Shown here one piece after another: positions 11,057 through 21,043 of a stretch of DNA of 64,000 nucleotides (positions within the stretch are counted from its first letter, which is position 1; every line of letters starts with the position of its first letter). The DNA comes from an uncultured delta proteobacterium (GTDB lineage Bacteria > Desulfobacterota > Binatia > UBA9968). Location: NCBI GenBank assembly GCA_963745835.1, contig CAVUZH010000014.1, positions 32,001 to 96,000 of the forward strand. Reading direction: 5' to 3'. The notes below the pieces were generated by a model, which was not told the origin of the DNA, ran no database searches, and saw only the letters and a list, made by a program, of their open reading frames with translations. The position numbers were made by a program, and so were the translations under genes.

Positions 11057-13171
11057 CTAACCGACAGCGCCCAACTGTAAACGTTGACCCCAACGCTGGA
11101 GCAGAATCCGACGCATCTCTTGCGACTCGCGGCTCTTGAGCTCCGGATCACTTTGCAGCCAAATCTGCGCTTCGGCTCGTGCGTCGATCAACAAGCGGCT
11201 ATCGCGGGCCAGATTGGCAAGACGAAAATCGCTCAGACCGGACTGTCGTGTGCCCAAAAATTCGCCCGGCCCGCGCAGCGCCAAATCGGCTTCGGCGATG
11301 CGAAAACCGTCCGACTCGCGCTCCATCACACGCAGTCGTTGCTGCGCAACCGGATTTCTCGGCGTACGGTTGACCAGGAGACAGTAGGCCGCCGCGCTGC
11401 CTCGCCCAACGCGGCCGCGGAGTTGGTGCAATTGCGACAAGCCGAACCGCTCAGCGTGCTCAATCACCATCACCGTGGCGTTGGGGATGTCGATGCCCAC
11501 TTCGATCACGGTGGTCGATACCAAGACGCGGATGCTTCCGTCGCGAAAGGCGCGCATCACCTGGTCTCGCTCGGCGCTAGCCATGCGACCATGTACCAGG
11601 CCAACGCCAAAATCTTTGAACACCGACTGGCGCATCTTTTCGGCCATCTGCGTGGCGTCGCGAACATGCTGAAGTTGTTCCGAGGCTTCCACCAGCGGGT
11701 AAACAACGAAAACTTGATGGCCCAGGCGCAATTCTTCCAGAACCCGTAAGTAAACCGTTTTTCGTTGTGACTCGGTAAACACCTTGGTTTTTACCGGCAG
11801 TCGTCCAGGCGGCATTTCGTCGATAACCGAGATATCCATGTCGCCGTAGAGCACCATCGCCAGACTGCGCGGAATCGGCGTTGCGCTCATCAGCAGCATG
11901 TGCGGCTGTCCGCGTGAGGGAAATCGAAGTATCGGCGCGGCCGGTAATGCGTTGCAGGGCCAGGCGCTGAACCACCCCGAAACGATGCTGTTCGTCGATG
12001 ACACCCAGGGCCATGCGCGGTACGTGCACGCCTTCTTGAATCAGCGCGTGGGTACCGATGACCAACTGAATACCGCCTTTGGAGATCTCATCGAGAGCAG
12101 CGTTGCGTTCTTTGGCCGTCAGCGAACCGGTCACCAGCCTCGCTTTAATTGCAAGTTTCTCCGCGTAGGGTTGGATACTGCGATAATGTTGTTCGGCTAA
12201 AAGCTCGGTGGGAGCCATCCAAACGGCTTGAAATCCGTTTTCAATGACGCGCAACGAACTGAACCAGGCAATCATAGTCTTGCCGGCGCCGACGTCGCCT
12301 TGGACCAAACGCTGCATCATCTGGGCAGATTCCATATTTTCGGTGATCTCCGCTCAAGACTCGTTGCTGCGCGCCGGTCAGCTTAAACGGCAAGAGCGCT
12401 GCCATTTTTTGCGTCAATTGCTCGCCGCCACGTTTGACAAGAACGCCGCGGCTGCCGCGATTTTTCTTCTTCCTGATTGCCAGGCCCAGTTGAAGATAAA
12501 ACAGTTCATCAAAGATAATTGCGCGATGCGCCGGTGAGGAAAAGCTATTGAGTGCCGCCACGCTTGCTTGCGCCGGCGGCTGATGGAGCTGAACCAGCGC
12601 GTCGGTTGGGTCGATCAACTTTTGACGCTGCATGGTCGACAGCGGCAGATGGCTCGACAAATTGCCTCGATAGGCAGTAAGCGCTTCGCTAACCCACTTG
12701 CGCATCAACGAAAGCGGGACTGTTGCGGGATGCTCGTACACAGGAAGAATCTTTGGCTCCTTCCAAGAATCGTCGCCTTCGAGTATCTCGAATTCTGGAT
12801 GGACAAGCTGTCTCAACCCGCCCATGCCCGCTTCGACCTTGCCATGAACGGCCAAACACTGTCCGGGAATTAAAGCATTGACCAAATATGAAGGCGCGCG
12901 ATACCAGACAAGACCCATGGCGCCGCTCTGATCAGTTAATCGACCAATCAAAACCTGTGAGCGCCGGCGCGAGGTTGTATTTTTTTTGAATTACCGCCAG
13001 CGCGCCAATAAAGGTTTCCTCTTGGCCGACGATGGCTTGGTCTATGTTTTTAACCTGGCGCCGGTCCTCGTACCGAAACGGCAGATGGTACAAAAGATCC
13101 TCAACTGTTTGCAGCCCGAAAGCAGCCAACTGCTCGGCGCGCTTGGGACCGATACCTTTGAGATAACGCAA
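11057..13171 (-). CDS. recG: ATP-dependent DNA helicase RecG, split into four frames; start approximate
   Basis: LKGIGPKR/PFRYEDR, wedge region, QGDVGAGKT, DEQHRFG, MSATPIPR, LSQLHQLRGRVGRG and RGPGEFLGTRQSG appear in order across ORFs 12932-13171, 12241-12951, 11577-12335 and 11057-12004. Confidence 0.93.
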
Positions 13172-13276
13172 CGGCGTTTGAAGACTGCCGGCGGCGCGCT
13201 TGCGTCGATGAAGCGCTACCCGGCGTTGTTGGCGGTGATTTTATAGCGCGGCGGCGCGGCAGATTCATGAAGGCGG

Positions 13277-16200
13277 TTACGGCAGCGGATGATTGAGGTA
13301 ATCCTGCAACGCTTGAACTTCGAAGTCGTTGTTGCGCAGATACTCGATAGCCTCGGTGGCAGCCTGCGCGCCGGCCATAGTGGTAAAGTAAGGAATTTGA
13401 AAATCCAGCGCGCTACGCCGGAGATCATAGGAATCGGCCTGCGAATTCGCATCAGCCGGCGTATTGATCACCATGGCAATCTTTCCGGTTCTGATCTTAT
13501 CACCGATATGCGGACTGCCGTCTTGAACTTTGTTGACGATCTCGGTGGCTATGCCGTGCTCTTTGAAATAACCCGCGGTGCCCCGCGTTGCGATAATCCG
13601 AAATCCGCCGTGCTGCAGCCTTTGCGCAATGGCCGCAGCGATTTTCTTGTCTTCATCACGCACGCTGATAAACACCCGCCCTTTACGCGGCAGCCGCATA
13701 CCGCCGCCTAATTGCGCTTTCGCGAACGCAACTCCGAAATTGGCATCGATCCCCATCACTTCTCCGGTGGATTTCATCTCCGGCCCGAGCAAAGTATCGA
13801 CTCCGGGAAATTTGTTAAATGGAAAGACCGCCTCCTTCACTGAAATGTGTTTTGGCACTACCTCCATGGTGACGCCGAGTTCGCGTAGCTTGCGGCCAAC
13901 CATGATCCGCGCGGCGATTTTTGCCAGAGGCATACCGGTGGCTTTGCTGACGAAAGGAACCGTACGCGAGGCCCGAGGATTGACCTCGAGCACGAAGACA
14001 TTTGTGTCTTGGACGGCAAACTGAACATTCATCAGGCCGCGGACATTGAGAGCTTTGGCCAAGGCGATGCTATGTTGCCGGATTGTGTCTTGGACCTCCG
14101 CGCTGATCGATTTCGGCGGCAAACTACACGCGCTGTCGCCCGAATGCACGCCGGCCCGCTCGATGTGTTCCATGATCCCGCCGATGATGACCTCATCCCC
14201 GTCCGCTAAAGCATCGACATCGACTTCGATGGCATCATCGAGAAATTTATCTACCAGCACCGGGTGCTCCGGCGATGCCGACACCGCATAGGTCATGTAG
14301 CGCCGTAACGCATTCCGCATCATAAACTATCTCCATTGCCCGTCCGCCGAGCACGTACGAGGGTCGAACCAGCACCGGATATCCCAAGCGCTCGGCGATG
14401 TGAAAGGCCTCTTCATAGGAACGCGCGATACCGTTATCGGGTTGTCTGATGTCTAGTCTTTTGAGCAGCGCGGAAAAGCGCTCGCGGTCTTCGGCCAGAT
14501 CGATGCTGTCCGGCGAGGTGCCGATTATTTTTACTCCGGCGCGTTCTAGCGGCAATGCCAATTTAAGCGGCGTTTGCCCGCCGAACTGAACGATGACGCC
14601 GTCGGGATTTTCCCGATCGACAATATTCAGAACCTCTTCCAGGGTGAGGGGCTCGAAGTAGAGCTTGTCCGAAGTGTCGTAGTCGGTGCTGACAGTCTCC
14701 GGGTTGCAATTGACCATGATGGTCTCGTAGCCGTCTTCTTTGAGCGCAAAGGCGGCATGCACGCAGCAGTAATCGAACTCGATACCCTGGCCGATTCGAT
14801 TGGGGCCGCCGCCGAGAATCATGATTTTTTTGCGCTGCGTCCGCTTTGATTCATCTTCGCCTTCGTAAGTCGAATAGAGGTAAGGGGTAAACGCTTTGAA
14901 TTCAGCGCCGCAAGTATCCACCGAACAAAATACCGCCTCGATACCCTGAGACTTTCGTAGACGGCGCACTTCGTCTTCAGTCGTTCCCGTCAGATTGGCA
15001 AGCCGCGCATCGGCAAAGCCCATCTGTTTCCAATCTCGCATCGCCTCGCTGCTGACTTCATTCAACTTGCCGCGATGTCGCCGCGATCTCGCCCTCGGTA
15101 GCGACGATCTCGCGCACCTTTTCGACGAACCATGGATCAATACGGGACAGCTCATAGATCTCTTCGGCGGGCATGCCGAGCCGGAACGCATCGGCCAAGT
15201 ACCATAGCCGTTGTGAATTCGGATTTTTCAGTTTCTCACGAACGGTGTTCAAGGCCTGATCACGTCGATCAAGCGATAGGTCTATCCGAGGCTCAAAGCC
15301 AAAGGAACCGATCTCGAGAGAACGCATGGATTTTTGCAGCGACTCTTTGAAGGTGCGCCCAATCGCCATGGCTTCGCCTACGGACTTCATCTGCGGCGTC
15401 AGTAAATCTTTGGCTTGGGGAAACTTTTCAAAGGTGAAGCGTGGAATTTTGACTACGACATAGTCTATAGTCGGCTCGAAGCAAGCCGGCGTTTCCCGTG
15501 TGATGTCGTTGCGGATCTCGTCCAACGTGTAGCCGATCGCCAGCTTCGCGGCGATTTTCGCGATGGGGAAACCGGTTGCTTTGCTCGCCAACGCCGAGCT
15601 TCGCGATACCCGCGGGTTCATCTCGATAACCACCATGCGGCCATCTTTCGGATTGACCGCGAATTGAATATTGGAACCGCCGGTTTCGACGCCGATTTCT
15701 CGAATCACGCGCAACGAGGCGTCGCGCATGATCTGATATTCTTTGTCGGTCAAGGTTTGCGCCGGCGCGACTGTGATCGAGTCCCCTGTGTGCACACCCA
15801 TGGGGTCGAAGTTTTCGATGGAGCAAATGATCACAACGTTGTCCTTATGATCGCGCATCACCTCGAGCTCGAACTCTTTCCAGCCGATGATCGACTCTTC
15901 GATCAACACTTCGTGCACCGGTGAAATGCTCAAGCCCGCTTGCACCACCTCTTGGAACTCCTCCGGGCCAAAGGCGAAACTGCCGCCGCTGCCGCCGAGC
16001 GTGCGTGAGGCGCGGATGATGACTGGGAAGTCGAGACGCTTCTGAATGCGCATGGCATCGCGCATGCTGCGCGCGTAGCCGCTGCGCGGCAGATCCAAAC
16101 CGGCCCGTTTCATCGCTTCCTTGAACAGGTCCCGGTCCTCGGCCTTCTTGATCGATTCCAGTTTGGCGCCGATCATCTCGACGCCGTAACGTGCCAACAC

Positions 16201-16518
16201 CCCCTTCTCCGCCAGATCGATAGCCAGATTTAGCGCGGTTTGTCCGCCCAAGGTGGGCAGAAGAGCATCCGGCCGCTCCTTGGCGATCACCTTCTCGACG
16301 ATATCCGTGGTGATGGGCTCGATGTAGGTTCGATGCGCGAACTCCGGATCGGTCATGATGGTCGCAGGATTGGAGTTGACGAGAATGACCCGATAGCCCT
16401 CTTCTTTAAGCGCCTTGAGCGCCTGTGTGCCGGAATAATCGAATTCGCAAGCCTGGCCGATTATAATCGGACCTGAACTTATCAGCAGGATTGACTTGAT
16501 GTCAGTGCGTTTCGGCAT
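13277..16518 (-). CDS. carB: Carbamoyl-phosphate synthase large subunit, frameshifts near 15082 and 14315
   Basis: MPKRTDIK start, [45 protein letters not shown] and the MGS domain across three consecutive ORFs. Confidence 0.96.
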
Positions 16519-16527
16519 GGAGAGCTG

Positions 16528-17700
16528 TTAACTCTGGTGCTGGTCCATTAATTCGATGAAGCGTTTGAAAAGATAGTTGGCATCGTGCGGCCCGGGTGAC
16601 GACTCGGGATGATATTGCACCGAGAAGATCGGCAGATCTCGATGCACCAGGCCCTCCACGGTGTTGTCGTTAAGATTGAGATGGGTAACTTCGACCGAAC
16701 CCTTTAAAGAATCGGCATCCACGGCGAAACCGTGGTTCTGCGATGTGATCTCTACTTTACGCGTGGTTAAGTCCATCACCGGCTGATTACCGCCATGGTG
16801 ACCGAATTTGAGTTTGTAGGTCTTGCCACCCAGGGCCAAACCCAAAATTTGATGGCCGAGGCAAATACCGAAAATTGGTTTCTTCCCGATCAACTTGCGG
16901 ACGTTGTCTTTGGCATAAGACACCGCATCCGGATCACCCGGTCCATTGGACAGAAATATGCCATCGGGGTTTAAGGCCAAAACATCTTCTCCGGAAGTAT
17001 GGGCGGGAACGACTCTTACCCGGCACCCGCTCTCGACGAGATTTCGCAAGATGTTGTACTTGATACCAAAATCGTAAGCCACAACGGAACGCACAGGGAC
17101 AGCAGAGCGTCCCCGATCCGTGGCATTTTTTTTTCGCCGTGAGTCGTCTGGCGGCTTACGATATCCTTCACCCAATCGCCACAAACCCTGATGCCATTCA
17201 TAGGCATTCGCACAGCTCACGTTGCGCACTAGATCTCGGCCCTCAAGTCCTGGAGCACCCTTGGCTTTTGCAATCGCCTCGTCAGTATTCTGGGAGCTGG
17301 TTGTGATCACGCCCACCTGGGCGCCACAATCGCGCAGATGACGGACCAGAGAACGTGTATCGATCCCTTGGATTCCGACGATGCCGTGCTGCTGCATATA
17401 AACATGCAACGGCTGTGTCGCGCGCCAATTACTCGGCACCGCCGTATACTCTTTGACGATGAAACCTTTGACAAAAGGCTTGTGGGATTCCACGTCCTCC
17501 GGGTTGATGCCGACGTTGCCGATCTGCGGATAAGTCATGGCCACGAGCTGGCCTTCGTATGAGGGGTCGGTGAGAATCTCCTGATACCCGGTCATACTGG
17601 TGTTAAACACGACTTCCCCCGCCGCTTCACCTTCGGCTCCAAAAGACGAGCCCTCGAAAGAGCGGCCGTCGGCCAAGGCCAATATTGCTTTTCTTAGCAT
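16528..17700 (-). CDS. carA: Carbamoyl-phosphate synthase small subunit
   Basis: [40 protein letters not shown]. Confidence 0.98.
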   Translation of the reverse strand: MLRKAILALADGRSFEGSSFGAEGEAAGEVVFNTSMTGYQEILTDPSYEGQLVAMTYPQIGNVGINPEDVESHKPFVKGFIVKEYTAVPSNWRATQPLHVYMQQHGIVGIQGIDTRSLVRHLRDCGAQVGVITTSSQNTDEAIAKAKGAPGLEGRDLVRNVSCANAYEWHQGLWRLGEGYRKPPDDSRRKKNATDRGRSAVPVRSVVAYDFGIKYNILRNLVESGCRVRVVPAHTSGEDVLALNPDGIFLSNGPGDPDAVSYAKDNVRKLIGKKPIFGICLGHQILGLALGGKTYKLKFGHHGGNQPVMDLTTRKVEITSQNHGFAVDADSLKGSVEVTHLNLNDNTVEGLVHRDLPIFSVQYHPESSPGPHDANYLFKRFIELMDQHQS

Positions 17701-17802
17701 GGATTCCCATTCCAGCGTCTGCTGAAAAACCTCATGTAAAAGAATGATAAATCAAAATAAAAATTGAAAGGTAAGCATAATAGAAAATCGCGCATTTTAT
17801 AA

Positions 17803-19725
17803 TCAGCTGCGGCTCTCGCTTGGGTTAATGATTGAATAAACCAGCACCTTATCTTCCCCATCGGGCTCCCGTTCACGCAAATGAACACGCACGCGCTCGT
17901 GGTCTGCGGTGGGTATATGTTTACCAACGTAATTAGGCTTAACCGGAATCTGCCGATGCCCGCGGTCGATCAAAACCGCCAGACGCACGGATTGAGGCCG
18001 CCCCGATCTAAAAATGATGCTCAAGGCGGTCTTCACCGTTCGTCCGGTATGAATGACGTCATCAACTAGAATGATAGATCGATCGCGCAATTGGATCGGT
18101 CCTAACTCGGGATCCGTGGGAAACACGCGGCGAAGGTCTTCGCCCGCTCCATAAGTTTCAAGCTCGGCCAGTTCAAATTTTCGCTTTTGTGCTCGTTCTA
18201 GATTGGTGGCGATTCGTTGGGCGATCATCGATCCGTTGGTTTTAACGCCGACAATCAGCAAGCGGTCCGGAACGGCGCAATCATGCAATATCTGCGCGCT
18301 TATCTGCTGGATTGCAGAATCTACTTCAGCTTGATCCATAATGGCACGGCGTGGACCGCTCTTGTAAGGTCCGTAGCCGAGCTCTTCAGCTTGCTTGATG
18401 GAATCGAAGATCGCCAGTTCACCGTTCTTAAGCCAACGCGCAATGTTATCCGCAAGCGCGATATCGTAGGCGCAATACTTCTTTGACGTCGCTTGACCGA
18501 CGAGCTGCACTTTGAAGCGGTGGTCGCAGTAAAGGCATCGCAAAATCAATGCGCCGGCCGGACCTTCGGATTGAAGTTCAAAACGAAGCCGCGTCGAACC
18601 CGGCTCGTTGACAGTAATGCACTTGAGATTAGGACAATGCGGGCCGATCGGGTGTGGGCTTTCGAATAGCACCGAGCTTTTTGCCGTGTTGCTGATCCCT
18701 GCTCGGCGCCTTTTTTCAAAGAGAAAATGTAGCAGCGCCATACGAATAGGCACCCCATACGCGGCTTGCTTGAAATAGATACCGCGCCGATCCTTGTCAA
18801 GCTCCGGCGAAAGCTCGTCGACCCGCGGCAAGGGATGCATCACCACTGTGTCTTTGAAGCGCTGCTCTCTGAGAAATTTAGATCCGATGGTGGGATAGTC
18901 TCCCGCCGCCGCAGAGTTTGTCATGCGCTCTTTTTGCTTTCTCGTCATGTAAAAAGCGTCATAGCGCAATCCCGATACCAGACTCGTAATCCGCGTCTGA
19001 ATCGTGCTGTCCAGCGCGGTAAACAAAGCCAGCTGATGCGGCTGCTTGGGGGTGAGATAGAAAGCATCGGTCTCGGTAACCACGGCACTCAGATCGTCGC
19101 TGGCAACCGGCGCTAAGGTATACTGAAACTCACGCTCCAACCGCTCCAGAACGTAGTGTGGCAGCTCCATTCCGTTGGCTGCAAGAGTCACAACATTGGC
19201 GCCGAACCTGGCCAATGCATACACCAGAGAATGAATCGTGCGGCCGTTTTTTAAATCGCCGCAAATAACCACGTTGAGACCCTTGAGCTCGCCCTTCTCC
19301 TTGCGCAGGGTATAGAGATCGCAAAGCGTCTGGCTCGGATGTTCATGGCCGCCGTCCCCGGCATTGATCACCTGAACATCGGCGTGCTCAGCCACAGCCT
19401 GGACTGCGCCGTCCCAGTAATGCCGAACCACCAGGACGTCGGCATAACTCGAGACTACTTTGGCGGTATCCGCGACACTCTCTCCCTTGGCGGCCGACGA
19501 AGCCTGCATATCCGAACAGCTAATCACAGTGCCGCCGAGCCGCTGCATTGAAGATTCGAACGATAAACGAGTGCGAGTACTCGGTTCATAGAACAAAGTG
19601 GCCATGATCTTGCCGTTGCCGACCCTTTTACTGCGCAACTTGTCGGATGCGTCTGCCAAATCGAAAATCTCTTCGATCTCATCGTTGGTGAGGTCCGCGA
19701 TGGAAATTAGGTTAGCCGTGGTCAC
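17803..19725 (-). CDS. pyrB: Aspartate carbamoyltransferase catalytic chain fused to a PyrI zinc domain, an Ada-like module and a C-terminal PyrR-like phosphoribosyltransferase domain
   Basis: FYEPSTRTRLSFE, KGES, NAGDGGHEHPSQ, YMTRKQKER, MHPLPR; then CPNLKC...LRCLYCD; then VDDVIHTGRT, LAVLIDRGHRQIP, YVGK. GTG start at 19725 follows a GAGGA SD overlapping the pyrR stop. Confidence 0.93.
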   Translation of the reverse strand: MTTANLISIADLTNDEIEEIFDLADASDKLRSKRVGNGKIMATLFYEPSTRTRLSFESSMQRLGGTVISCSDMQASSAAKGESVADTAKVVSSYADVLVVRHYWDGAVQAVAEHADVQVINAGDGGHEHPSQTLCDLYTLRKEKGELKGLNVVICGDLKNGRTIHSLVYALARFGANVVTLAANGMELPHYVLERLEREFQYTLAPVASDDLSAVVTETDAFYLTPKQPHQLALFTALDSTIQTRITSLVSGLRYDAFYMTRKQKERMTNSAAAGDYPTIGSKFLREQRFKDTVVMHPLPRVDELSPELDKDRRGIYFKQAAYGVPIRMALLHFLFEKRRRAGISNTAKSSVLFESPHPIGPHCPNLKCITVNEPGSTRLRFELQSEGPAGALILRCLYCDHRFKVQLVGQATSKKYCAYDIALADNIARWLKNGELAIFDSIKQAEELGYGPYKSGPRRAIMDQAEVDSAIQQISAQILHDCAVPDRLLIVGVKTNGSMIAQRIATNLERAQKRKFELAELETYGAGEDLRRVFPTDPELGPIQLRDRSIILVDDVIHTGRTVKTALSIIFRSGRPQSVRLAVLIDRGHRQIPVKPNYVGKHIPTADHERVRVHLREREPDGEDKVLVYSIINPSESRS

Positions 19726-19735
19726 GTTCGATTCC

Positions 19736-20284
19736 TCAAGCTGGATTCCAGGGAGTGACAATCACTTGATCAATGCCATCGGACTCTTCGAGCAAGACGT
19801 TCACTCGTTGCGAATCCGAGGCTTCGATATTCTTGCCGACGATATCGGCCCGGATCGGCAACTCCCGCGCGCCGCGATCGATTAGAACCGCCAGCATGAT
19901 CCGCTTGGCATGGCCGAGACGCTCGACCGCCTCCAGGGCCGCGCGGATTGTCCGCCCGCGAAAAATAACATCGTCGACTAGGATGGCGATCCTGTTTTCC
20001 AGCGTGACCGAGATTTCACCCGCGGTTGGCGCAGCGGAAACTTGTGGTTGCGTCTTATCATCACGAAAAAGAGTCACATCAATGACACCGAGTGGCGGTA
20101 AGTGCTGGGTAAGCTCTTCGATCTTACGGGCCAAACGCCGAGCGATATGCACACCGCGGGAACGTATGCCGATGAGCGTCAACTCTTCAAAACCGCCGGC
20201 TTTCTCGATCACCTCATGAGCCATGCGAGTGATCGCTTTGGCCAACTCCTGCGTCGTCAGGACGATTTGCTTCTCGCTCGCCAT
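19736..20284 (-). CDS. pyrR: Pyrimidine operon attenuator protein / uracil phosphoribosyltransferase PyrR
   Basis: AITRMAHEVIE, GIRSRG, DVTLFRDD, VDDVIFRGRT, LIDRGARELPIRADIVGKN; ATG at 20284. Confidence 0.94.
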   Translation of the reverse strand: MASEKQIVLTTQELAKAITRMAHEVIEKAGGFEELTLIGIRSRGVHIARRLARKIEELTQHLPPLGVIDVTLFRDDKTQPQVSAAPTAGEISVTLENRIAILVDDVIFRGRTIRAALEAVERLGHAKRIMLAVLIDRGARELPIRADIVGKNIEASDSQRVNVLLEESDGIDQVIVTPWNPA

Positions 20285-20288
20285 AAAC

Positions 20289-20322
20289 AAAAAAAGACCC
20301 CCTCAATCGCGCTGAGGAGGCC
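20289..20322 (-). terminator. Intrinsic terminator of the pyr leader attenuator
   Basis: Minus strand reads GGCCUCCUCA-GCGCGAU-UGAGGGGGUC-UUUUUUU: a 10-bp stem with a U7 tail ending 4 nt before the pyrR ATG. The 3' arm contains the SD. Confidence 0.85.
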
Positions 20323-20363
20323 CGAAGAATCCGGAAAATCTTGGAAGTGCAACTATCGGCATG

Positions 20364-20400
20364 GCTCCCTTACCGATCTCACAGGGTCGGTTTAAAAGGA
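20364..20400 (-). promoter_or_regulatory. PyrR-binding RNA loop (anti-antiterminator)
   Basis: Minus strand UCCUUUUAAACCGACCCUGUGAGAUCGGUAAGGGAG has the CUUUAA bulge, CNGNGA hexaloop and AAGG closure typical of PyrR sites; directly upstream of pyrR. Confidence 0.85.
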
Positions 20401-20407
20401 TTTGCTA

Positions 20408-20436
20408 TTTATCGCCTGACATCAGGCCAAAGTCAA
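20408..20436 (-). promoter_or_regulatory. Candidate sigma-70 promoter of the pyr operon
   Basis: TTGACT-N17-GATAAA just upstream of the PyrR loop; the -10 match is weak. Confidence 0.45.
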
Positions 20437-20487
20437 CGATGAAAATGCGGCTGCGAGATAAACGGGTCCATATTCAAGAGTTAAAGC

Positions 20488-20983
20488 TTACAGCAAGCAA
20501 ATAATTTCCGCCTGTGCGTCAGCGTTTTGCAAAAACAACAGCCCTACGGTTACCGGCAGTTTGAAACGTCGCGGCCCGGCGCTTCCGGGGTTTACAAAAA
20601 GCACATTGTCTCGTCTCACGATCGACGGTTTATGAGAATGGCCACTGATCACGACCTGAACACCCGCGGCCGGCAACTTATTTTCTAGATCATGAATATT
20701 ATGGATCACCCGCACGCCTGTGTGGTTAAGGAGCAGATCGAGCGCTTCGGGAATGTGCCGCGCCCATGGTGCGGTATCGTTGTTGCCTTTGATGGCTGCC
20801 AGGGGTGCAATGGCTTGCAAGCAATCCAACACTTCAGGCTTGCCGATATCCCCGGCATGCACGATGAGCTCGACGCCCTTTAAGCGCCGCGAGAGCTTCC
20901 GGTCGAACCAATCCGTGGGTGTCGGAAATTAAACCGATGCGCCCTTGCTCTAGCGCGATCCGCCGCTGTTTTCGTGCTCCCAT
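20488..20983 (-). CDS. YfcE-like metallophosphoesterase, frameshift near 20877
   Basis: ISDTHG in one frame; HAGD, GNND, GHSH, NPGSAG in the next. Removing one G from a GGG run joins them. Confidence 0.88.
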
Positions 20984-21043
20984 GGTTGCTCTTGATTCCT
21001 GGTTGGCCTCAACTCTATATTCGACTGCGGCCAAGGAGGTTGT

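Noticed and set aside
11057-16518. Programmed frameshifting or true pseudogenes in recG and carB
   Set aside because: No slippery heptamer or stimulatory structure seen at the breaks, and the same indel pattern affects unrelated genes, so sequence error is more parsimonious.
17803-19725. The PyrB fusion as an artefact of indel errors joining separate genes
   Set aside because: Provisionally rejected: the PyrI part lacks its N-terminal domain and a start codon, and the first beta-strand of the PyrR part begins before the nearest Met. Read-level confirmation is still needed.
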